DNA of 56,054 bases from positions 1-56,054 of the forward strand of contig JAXMOL010000049.1 of NCBI GenBank assembly GCA_034669905.1. Reading direction: 5' to 3'. This DNA comes from Candidatus Hydrogenedentota bacterium (GTDB lineage Bacteria; Hydrogenedentota; Hydrogenedentia; Hydrogenedentales; JAEUWI01). Shown piece by piece: positions 48,554 through 56,054 of this stretch. The first letter of the stretch is position 1. Each line of letters starts with the position of its first letter. Both the position numbers and the translations under genes were made by a program. The notes under the pieces were generated by a model. That model ran no database searches, had not been told where the DNA came from, and was given only the letters and a program-made list of their open reading frames with translations.

Positions 48554-48764
48554 TTCATACTTTTATCAGCAAAAGCGGGGGATGTGCCTGTGACCCGTCA
48601 GTCCTGCGTCCCCGGCGCACAGGCACGGTGTGCCAGGAGTTCGACACGGGCGATTGGGCGGACTATACTCGACGGGTGCGTAGCTATTGGAAGTTCGCCC
48701 CCTATGTCAGGAGGACGAGGGTGCGCAGGAAAACCCCGGAAACAGGGCCAAGGACACCTACCCA

Positions 48765-50948
48765 TTGAACGATTTACAAGCAGTATTGGATAACGCCGTA
48801 AGAGACGCCCGCGCGCCAGGCGCGGTTGCTTTCGTGGGGCACCATGACAAGAAATTGTTTCATGGCGCCAGCGGCTATCGGGCCATCGTCCCGAAGCGAT
48901 TGCGTGCGGAGAAGGAAACCCTCTATGACCTGGCCTCGCTGACCAAAGTCGTTTGCACGACCACGTGTATTCTGCTGCTCCATGAACGTGGGGCCCTCGA
49001 TTTGGATCAGCCGGTCTCGGAGATAATTCCGATTCCATCGTTTCGACGTTTTACGGTGCGACACTTGTTGACCCACACCGCCGGCTTGCCGAGTCACAAG
49101 GTGTGGTACAAAGAGACTGCGGGGCTCGATGCCTACGTGGAGCGGATCGGGACCTTGGAGTTGGGGTGGGAGCCCGGATTGCGCCGGAACTACTCGGACC
49201 TGGGCTTCATGCTACTCGCCAAGGTGGTCGAGATGGTTGGGCAAGATTCGCTGGATGCCTTCGCACAGGACCATATCTTCAAGCCCCTGGCGATGAAGAA
49301 CACCGGGTTTAATCCCGCTGCGTCGCGGCGGAAAGACTGCGCGGCCACCGAGGATTGCCCGTGGCGGGGTCGGGTTATACAAGGCGAAGTGCACGATGAG
49401 AATGCCTACGCCATCGGCGGCGTTTCGGGCCATGCGGGGCTCTTTGCACCGGCCGACGATCTCGCCCGATTTTGCCGCGCCATGATCGGTGAAAAACTGC
49501 TGAAGCGGGAAACCCTGGCCATGGTCGCCGATCAACGCAACGTGGCCACCTATCCCTGGCAGGGCCTGGGCTGGAAGATGGATCCCTGGGCGGGGGGTTC
49601 CGAGGGCTATGTGCCTTCCCGACGGGCTATCGGGCACACTGGCTGGACGGGGACGAGTATCTGGATGGATCTCGATACTGGCTACTTCGCAATCCTCTTG
49701 TGCAATACGCCGCATCCCGATCGAACAAAGCGCCGCAATCGGACGCTCCGACAAACCTTCTACGAACCCGTGGTGAAGGCGACCTATCCATCCCGGACCA
49801 ATGTCCACACCGGGCTGGATCGGGTGGTATGGGATGGCTTCGACCCCCTGAAAGGTAAGCGCATCGCCCTGCTGACCAACCAGGGCGCCGTCGACTCGCT
49901 CGGTCGGCACATTCTTGATGTGTTGGCGCTGGACCACGATGTGGAAGTGGCGCGGCTATTCAGTCCGGAGCATGGATTTACAGGGCAGGCGGAGGCCGGT
50001 GAGAAGGTGGGGGATCAGCGGGCCCAGGTGCCTGTGATCAGCCTCTATGGAGAGCAGAAGCGCCCGACGGCGGAGCAATTACAGGGAATCGACCTCTTCG
50101 TCGTCGACCTGCCGGATATTGGCGCCCGCTACTACACCTACATGTCGACCATGAAAGACTGTATGGAGGCCTGCGCGCGCGCCCGGGTGGCCGTACATGT
50201 TCTTGATCGTCCAAACCCCCTGGGGGGTGATGTGCTGGAAGGTCCGGTTGCCACGCGGACCAATTCGCTCGTGTGTAGTGCACCGATTCCCATTCGCCAT
50301 GGAATGACACTGGGCGAACTGGCCTTGTTCTATAAGCAGATCGATACGGGGTTGAGCCGCCTGGATGTAACAGTGAGTCGCCTCGACAACTGGCCACGGC
50401 GTATGATGGCGCCCCAAAACAGCCTGCCCTGGGTTTCGCCCTCACCCAATATTCCCCGTTTCGAATCCGCACTCCTGTATATCGGCATGTGTCTCTTCGA
50501 AGGGGTGAACGTCAATGAAGGGCGGGGAACCGAGACGCCGTTTCAGATCATCGGCGCGCCCTGGCTAGACGCCCAGCGGGTCATCGATTCACTGAAGCCC
50601 TTTGAATACCTGGGCTGCACCCTGACTGCGGAAGGCTACACGCCCCGGGCGATCCCTGGAAAATCAACCAGCCCGCAGTACAAGGACGAAGTGTGCCAGG
50701 GGATTCGGATACAGGTGGACCGCGCCGAGCATGCACGGCCCTTTACCTTGGCCTATGCCCTGCTGAGCGCCATGCACCGGTTTCATGGCACCGAGCTGAC
50801 CTGGCGGGACTTCTTTGATACGCTCGCCGGTGGGGATGGGCTTCGTGAGGCCATCCAATCGGGGCTGGATACGGAGGCCTATCTCTATTCGATCAGCGAA
50901 GCGCGCGAGGCCTTTGTGAAGCGCCGACCGTCTATCTATCACGCTTAG
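48765..50948 (+). CDS. Beta-lactamase-fold serine hydrolase fused to a DUF1343/NamZ exo-beta-N-acetylmuramidase
   Basis: ASLTK (SxxK), LLTHTAG, YSDLG and GHTGWTG; then LLTNQ, LFSPEHG, DIGARYYTY, VLDRPNP and EGRGT. The start codon is uncertain. Confidence 0.88.
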   Translation: MNDLQAVLDNAVRDARAPGAVAFVGHHDKKLFHGASGYRAIVPKRLRAEKETLYDLASLTKVVCTTTCILLLHERGALDLDQPVSEIIPIPSFRRFTVRHLLTHTAGLPSHKVWYKETAGLDAYVERIGTLELGWEPGLRRNYSDLGFMLLAKVVEMVGQDSLDAFAQDHIFKPLAMKNTGFNPAASRRKDCAATEDCPWRGRVIQGEVHDENAYAIGGVSGHAGLFAPADDLARFCRAMIGEKLLKRETLAMVADQRNVATYPWQGLGWKMDPWAGGSEGYVPSRRAIGHTGWTGTSIWMDLDTGYFAILLCNTPHPDRTKRRNRTLRQTFYEPVVKATYPSRTNVHTGLDRVVWDGFDPLKGKRIALLTNQGAVDSLGRHILDVLALDHDVEVARLFSPEHGFTGQAEAGEKVGDQRAQVPVISLYGEQKRPTAEQLQGIDLFVVDLPDIGARYYTYMSTMKDCMEACARARVAVHVLDRPNPLGGDVLEGPVATRTNSLVCSAPIPIRHGMTLGELALFYKQIDTGLSRLDVTVSRLDNWPRRMMAPQNSLPWVSPSPNIPRFESALLYIGMCLFEGVNVNEGRGTETPFQIIGAPWLDAQRVIDSLKPFEYLGCTLTAEGYTPRAIPGKSTSPQYKDEVCQGIRIQVDRAEHARPFTLAYALLSAMHRFHGTELTWRDFFDTLAGGDGLREAIQSGLDTEAYLYSISEAREAFVKRRPSIYHA

Positions 50949-50987
50949 AAAAAGAAACCGCCACGGCGCGGGTGTGCCGTGGCGGTT
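50949..50987 (-). terminator. Terminator between convergent genes
   Basis: 12-bp stem AACCGCCACGGC/GCCGTGGCGGTT with a T-rich tail on the minus strand. Confidence 0.8.
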
Positions 50988-51005
50988 GAAGGATGTCGGA
51001 ATGCG

Positions 51006-51206
51006 TCAGGCGCTGATGGGGCTGTCGGCCTTATACAATACCGTGTACAGCAGGTCGCCCGAGCCCGCGCGACTGCCTTCTTCGTGCGAGAGCACCGTCT
51101 TAATATCAAAGACATCGGCCCCTGTGTCCTTGATCCAGGCGTTTACGGTTGCATCTAACTCGAAAGTCTTGTCTTCATAGCCTTTGAAGGTCTTTACAAA
51201 AATCAT
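51006..51206 (-). CDS. Small hypothetical protein (66 aa)
   Basis: MIFVKTFKGYEDKTFELDATVNAWIK...; AAGGGA RBS upstream and a terminator downstream. Confidence 0.65.
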   Translation of the reverse strand: MIFVKTFKGYEDKTFELDATVNAWIKDTGADVFDIKTVLSHEEGSRAGSGDLLYTVLYKADSPISA

Positions 51207-51294
51207 GGTTCCCAGTCCCTTGTTTACGTTACTGCGCGACAATACGTACGTCGTAGTCTAGCAGGAAGACGCCGAAAATACATCTTCTTTCCGA

Positions 51295-52566
51295 CTACTC
51301 AAAGCGCAGCAGATGATAGTTCTTTTTTCCTTTGCGCACCACCGCGAGCCGGTCCGTCAACAGGGAGTCGGCATCCAGGGTGACCTCTTCCCCGTCGATA
51401 CGCTCGCTATTGAGATAGAGGCCACCGTTCTTGATGAGACGCCGTCCCTCGCCCTTACTCGCAAACACCCCCATCTCCACCAGGGCGTCCAGCAACTTCT
51501 TTCCTTCTGTTAGAACGCTTCGCTCCAGGGTGCTGCTGGGCACTTCGCTGAAGACATCGGCCAGCGTTGCCTCGTCGAGTCCCCGCAAGTCCCCGCCAAA
51601 CATGGCCTGGGATGCCGCCAGGGCGTTCTGCAGGGCCGACTCTCCATGGACCAATCGCGTAACTTCTTCCGCCAGGCGACGCTGTGCGGCCCGCTTGTGG
51701 GGTTCTTCCGCCAGCTGCCGCTCCAGATCCAGGATTTCTTCCTGCGAAAGAAAGGTAAAGTAACGGAGGTAACGGGGTGCGTCGGCATCGGTCTGATTCA
51801 GCCAGAACTGGTAAAACTTGTAGGGCGACGTGCGTTCGGCATCCAGCCAGATATTTCCGGACTCCGACTTGCCGAACTTGGAGCCATCCGATTTGGTGAC
51901 CAGGGGCAGGGTTAATCCATAGGTGTCCGTGCCCCGTACCCGACGAGTAAGGTCCATGCCGGCGACAATATTTCCCCATTGATCACTGCCACCGATTTGA
52001 AGTTGGCACCCGTAGGCCTCGTTCAGGTACATGAAATCATAGGCCTGCATCAGGCTGTAGGTGAACTCGGTGTAGGAAATGCCGTGGTCCCGGTCTTCCA
52101 GGCGCTGGCGCACCGATTCCTTGCCCAGCATGACATTGACACTGAAATGCTTGCCGACGTCGCGCAGGAATTCAATGAAGGTCATGGCACCCAGCCAGTC
52201 GATATTGTTGCGCAGGACCGCAGCGTTGTCGCCTTCAAAGTCGATAAAGCGTTCGAGTTGTCCGCGGATGCCCACCACGTTGGCCTCCACCTGCTCGGTG
52301 GTCAGGAGGGCGCGCTCGGCGGCCTTAAAGCTGGGGTCGCCAATCAGGCCGGTGCCTCCGCCGACCAGGGCGATGGGTTTGTGGCCGGCCCGCTGAAAAT
52401 GCATGAGTCCGATTATGGGGACCAGGCTGCCGACATGGAGGCTGTCCGCCGTGGGATCAAAGCCACAATAAAGGGTCATCGGGCCCTTCGCCAACTCATC
52501 GGCCAGGGTTTCGTGGGTTTGCTGTTGCAGCAGGCCACGCCAGGAAAGTTCTTCGAGGAGCGTCAT
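51295..52566 (-). CDS. tyrS: Tyrosyl-tRNA synthetase
   Basis: YCGFDPTADSLHVGS, QIGGSDQWGN, KFGKS and a C-terminal S4 domain. Confidence 0.97.
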   Translation of the reverse strand: MTLLEELSWRGLLQQQTHETLADELAKGPMTLYCGFDPTADSLHVGSLVPIIGLMHFQRAGHKPIALVGGGTGLIGDPSFKAAERALLTTEQVEANVVGIRGQLERFIDFEGDNAAVLRNNIDWLGAMTFIEFLRDVGKHFSVNVMLGKESVRQRLEDRDHGISYTEFTYSLMQAYDFMYLNEAYGCQLQIGGSDQWGNIVAGMDLTRRVRGTDTYGLTLPLVTKSDGSKFGKSESGNIWLDAERTSPYKFYQFWLNQTDADAPRYLRYFTFLSQEEILDLERQLAEEPHKRAAQRRLAEEVTRLVHGESALQNALAASQAMFGGDLRGLDEATLADVFSEVPSSTLERSVLTEGKKLLDALVEMGVFASKGEGRRLIKNGGLYLNSERIDGEEVTLDADSLLTDRLAVVRKGKKNYHLLRFE

Positions 52567-52956
52567 TGGGGCATTCTCCATGGACTATTGGGTAGGGGTG
52601 GGGGCACAGACTCGGTGCCCCACGACAAGCGCGGCGGTCTCGCACGGGGCGGAGGGTGTGGGATGCTGGGTTTTCAGACTCTCTCCGCACACGCCACTGG
52701 AATTCCGTTATGCTAACAAAGCCCCGGATCCGGGCGCAAGACAGGGGCTGAAAATCGACAAAAAACCGTCTGTCCAAGGGCAATCTTCGAAATTCCAGAA
52801 AAAAAACAGAAGGGCGACGGTATTTAGTTGACTTTTACTGTACATTCCCGCAAACTTAAAGCGATTTGGGGATATGTATCGCCTCTACAAAGGGAGCACG
52901 GGTCCCTGTGATATCGAAAGTCGTAGAGGAATCAACTCAGGAGAGTCAAAACCGCC

Positions 52957-55182
52957 ATGCCTCGCTGGTCCTTTACCTATAGGTCTGCCCTCGTTATACT
53001 TACCGCCCTGGTACTTACGGGGTGTCCACCAGTTGCTCCCGACACAAAACCGGTAGCCAACTTCTCTGCCGATCCACGCACCGGGAATACCGGTCTCACG
53101 GTTCGCTTCAGTGATCTCTCAACCACTGCGACGGGTGAGTCGATTGTTTCGTGGCAGTGGAATTTCGGAGATGGGGGACGCAGCAGCGAGCCCAATCCGA
53201 CACATACGTACCTGGTTTCCGGAGACTTTACGGTTTCGCTTACGGTTACCAGTAGTTCCGGCTCTCATACCCGTACCCGAAACGGGTATATTCGCATTGA
53301 GTCGCCTTCCGGCTCAGAGCAGTTGGATGGGGATGGGGGCACGGTATCATCCAACGGCGTCTCCATCGTCGTGCCGGCCGGTGCCCTGCAGTCCCGTGTC
53401 GACTTCGGAATCACCCGCGTCACGACAGAGATTCCGATCAATATTTTTGAAGCGATAAGCCGCGTAGGTGATACCTTCCGTATCACCCATGACAGCACCA
53501 CGTCGTTGTCCACGTCAAGCGACGATGTGCCCTTCCAGACGGCCCGCCTCTCCATTCCGTATGCAGAAGATGTGGTGCCGACCGGAAGCCGCACGCCCGG
53601 CAAAGTGCACATCCTGGCCCAGCTGAACAATGGCGCAGTCGTTCCCATCATCGGAACCATAACTGCGGGAAGTGTGGATGCCCAGGTCAGTGACCTGCCC
53701 AATGACGCCCTTTATACCGTGGTGTATCGCCCCGATGCCTATCTCAGCACGGCAACGGTCAGCAGTACCAAGGCACCTACGACAAGTGACTGGGCGCAGT
53801 CCTGGAAATTGAGCCTGAGCCCCACGCTCCTGACTCAATTGACGGCCCTTCGTCTGGGTACCGTGCAACAGGCCTCGAGCTTCTTCCGGACCAACTTTAC
53901 GGAAGAGCAGCTGTCGGATACGGAACAGGCCCTCATGGCCGGTCTCCTGAATCTGCAGGCCCAATATGAAGCGGTACAGTCCCGCAGCCCGCGTCTTGTG
54001 TCCACCAACGGTGCCTATGCCGCGATTTGCTTCAATTTTGTGCAACAGTATTCCTCCGCTATCGGAAGTCTCGACGACGTTTACTATGCCGGAAATCCCT
54101 TCGGGAGTATCGTCATCGATCCCCAGCAGCTGCTCGCTATTTCCACCTGGAATGCCGACCGCTTCAACGCGGATCGCAGTCTGGTCGATATTGCCGCTAC
54201 GCTGAGCGTGGATCAGGCCATCGGCGAAGTGCTGACCCGCGCCGTCGTGGATGGGTATGACTATCCGGAAATCACGGCTGCGAGTCCGGCCGATGGAACG
54301 GATATCAGCTTCGTCGAGGGTATTCGTGAAGGAATGGCCCTCTATGTGGGGCAGATGAATGGTGGCCGAACGGCCAATCGCTCCCAATTGGATGGCGACT
54401 GGGCGCTGCTGTCGACTCCGTTGCTCGCACCCTTTGACCTGGAAGTGGGCGGGTATGCCGCATCAAGCCAGGATTTCTTCCGCTATGTGGCCAACCGCTA
54501 CAGCCCCGATCCTGCCCTGGGTTACCTTGCGACCGGTACGGGCGGCGTAAAGGGGATACTCGAAGAAATTCGTCTGGCCGTATCCGGTGGCCTGGTGGCA
54601 CCCTCCTTCGAGGAAGCGGCCCTGCTGTCGTCGGTCGCCATCGACGAAGCCTTCTTCTCGCACCTGGAAGTGTCGCTCGGTGCTGCCTACTATGAATACG
54701 CCCTGGACCTTGCCTTCCGGCACGGCACTGCGGGGGTCCTGCGCCCCAGCGACGCCACCCGCATTCCCCTCGTATTGGATGAGTCCCGCTTTGGAACGGG
54801 TGCTATCCTGACAGGGGCCCTGGACGGGCCGGACGGCGGACTTGATTTCCCGGCAGCCGACGACTTCGGGTTGACGGCCATATCGCCGCTCAGTTCCCGG
54901 GTAGTGATTGTCGAGGCCGACCCGACGGCGGATAGCCTGGAGTTCACCTTTAACCGGGCGGACTGGGCTGCTGATGGGCGGAACCAGACGATTGAAGTGG
55001 TGGTCTATCGCGAAGGGCTCCCAGGTACCCCCCTGGCGGACGACGCGACGTCCCTGACCTTCACGGGATTTGAAGCGGATGCCGGTCAGGACGTGTCGGT
55101 ATTCTACGTGGTCATCGTGAATACCAGCACCACAACGGCCAGCAACGTGACGCTTGTGGTGGAAAGTTCCACTACGGAATAA
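52957..55182 (+). CDS. PKD-domain lipoprotein
   Basis: Lipobox LTGC; PKD motif WQWNFGDG...NPTHTY...TVSLTVT; ZU5-like GGTV....VSIVVPAGAL. Confidence 0.85.
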   Translation: MPRWSFTYRSALVILTALVLTGCPPVAPDTKPVANFSADPRTGNTGLTVRFSDLSTTATGESIVSWQWNFGDGGRSSEPNPTHTYLVSGDFTVSLTVTSSSGSHTRTRNGYIRIESPSGSEQLDGDGGTVSSNGVSIVVPAGALQSRVDFGITRVTTEIPINIFEAISRVGDTFRITHDSTTSLSTSSDDVPFQTARLSIPYAEDVVPTGSRTPGKVHILAQLNNGAVVPIIGTITAGSVDAQVSDLPNDALYTVVYRPDAYLSTATVSSTKAPTTSDWAQSWKLSLSPTLLTQLTALRLGTVQQASSFFRTNFTEEQLSDTEQALMAGLLNLQAQYEAVQSRSPRLVSTNGAYAAICFNFVQQYSSAIGSLDDVYYAGNPFGSIVIDPQQLLAISTWNADRFNADRSLVDIAATLSVDQAIGEVLTRAVVDGYDYPEITAASPADGTDISFVEGIREGMALYVGQMNGGRTANRSQLDGDWALLSTPLLAPFDLEVGGYAASSQDFFRYVANRYSPDPALGYLATGTGGVKGILEEIRLAVSGGLVAPSFEEAALLSSVAIDEAFFSHLEVSLGAAYYEYALDLAFRHGTAGVLRPSDATRIPLVLDESRFGTGAILTGALDGPDGGLDFPAADDFGLTAISPLSSRVVIVEADPTADSLEFTFNRADWAADGRNQTIEVVVYREGLPGTPLADDATSLTFTGFEADAGQDVSVFYVVIVNTSTTTASNVTLVVESSTTE

Positions 55183-55299
55183 GCGTAGTCAATTCGGACA
55201 AAAAAAACTTGTTCGAAGGTTGACACGAGTCCTTCTTCTTTGCTAATCTACGCGCAGTCGCCCCCGACGGGGCGGCTGTTCTTTTGATTAATCACTTTT

Positions 55300-55375
55300 G
55301 CTGGCGTAGCTCAGTTGGTAGAGCAGCTGATTTGTAATCAGCCGGTCGGGGGTTCGAGTCCCTTCGCCAGCTCCA
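55300..55375 (+). tRNA. tRNA-Thr (TGT)
   Basis: Cloverleaf with anticodon arm GCTGA-TTTGTAA-TCAGC and a CCA end. Confidence 0.97.
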
Positions 55376-55403
55376 GAATAGTTGAAAATACCACTTTTCG
55401 TGT

Positions 55404-55489
55404 GGTGGATTGCCCGAGTGGCTAAAGGGGGCGGGCTGTAAACCCGCTGGCTTACGCCTACGTTGGTTCGAATCCAACATCCACCACCA
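55404..55489 (+). tRNA. tRNA-Tyr (GTA)
   Basis: Anticodon arm GCGGG-CTGTAAA-CCCGC, long variable arm, CCA end. Confidence 0.97.
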
Positions 55490-55511
55490 TTTTTTAGTCT
55501 CTTAAAAATGG

Positions 55512-55587
55512 GCGGGAATAGCTCAGTTGGTAGAGCATCAGCCTTCCAAGCTGAGGGTCGCGAGTTCGAACCTCGTTTCCCGCTCCA
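55512..55587 (+). tRNA. tRNA-Gly (TCC)
   Basis: Anticodon arm TCAGC-CTTCCAA-GCTGA and a CCA end. Confidence 0.97.
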
Positions 55588-55604
55588 TTTTTTAGTTTTT
55601 ATGA

Positions 55605-55680
<76 letters not shown>

Positions 55681-55742
55681 TTTTTTTGATATGACGGTCT
55701 TATGCGCCAGACCTGGCACGGTTGCGCAAGGAGAAATGAGAC

Positions 55743-56054
55743 ATGGCCAAAGCTAAATTCGAACGTACAAAACCACACGTCAATGTGGGTACGATCGGTC
55801 ACGTTGACCACGGCAAGACGACACTTACCAGTGCGATTACCAAGGTGTTGGCCGCCAGTGGCGGTTCGACGGCCATGGACTTTGCGGAGATCGATAAGGC
55901 GCCCGAAGAAAAAGAGCGCGGTATTACGATTTCCATTGCGCACGTGGAATATGAGACGGAATCCCGTCACTACGCCCACGTGGACTGCCCGGGTCACGCC
56001 GACTACGTCAAGAACATGATTACGGGTGCGGCCCAGATGGACGGAGCTATCCTC
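55743..56054 (+). CDS. tuf: Elongation factor Tu, 5' part (runs off the right edge)
   Basis: [29 protein letters not shown]...[26 protein letters not shown], downstream of the canonical Thr-Tyr-Gly-Thr tRNA cluster. Confidence 0.99.
   Translation, partial: MAKAKFERTKPHVNVGTIGHVDHGKTTLTSAITKVLAASGGSTAMDFAEIDKAPEEKERGITISIAHVEYETESRHYAHVDCPGHADYVKNMITGAAQMDGAIL

Overview
High-GC bacterial chromosomal segment. Long Gly-Glu (GEGEGE) linkers in secreted proteins, DUF1559 prepilin-like genes, a PEP-CTERM protein and many secreted hydrolases suggest a Candidatus Hydrogenedentes-like lineage; this is an inference from sequence style, not a database result. Core genes include recD2, dapB, polB, glpK, glpD, tyrS, tRNA-Leu(CAG) and the tRNA-Thr/Tyr/Gly/Thr-tuf cluster. 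I see no integrase, transposase, phage gene or CRISPR array. The most interesting items are: (1) a candidate c-di-GMP effector locus, where a PilZ-TM-L,D-transpeptidase fusion is divergent from two ATPase-less MshEN paralogues, near a GT2-TPR gene and a sigma-28-driven flgM; (2) a two-gene arrangement, DUF1559 prepilin-like protein plus ankyrin lipoprotein, present twice with parallel promoter and leader architecture; (3) a GE-linker/EF-hand protein with a possible lineage-specific C-terminal sorting signal; (4) several intergenic palindromic (REP/MITE-like) elements, one duplicated together with the 3' end of glpD. Start codons were refined by eye, and domain names come from motif recognition without HMM searches.
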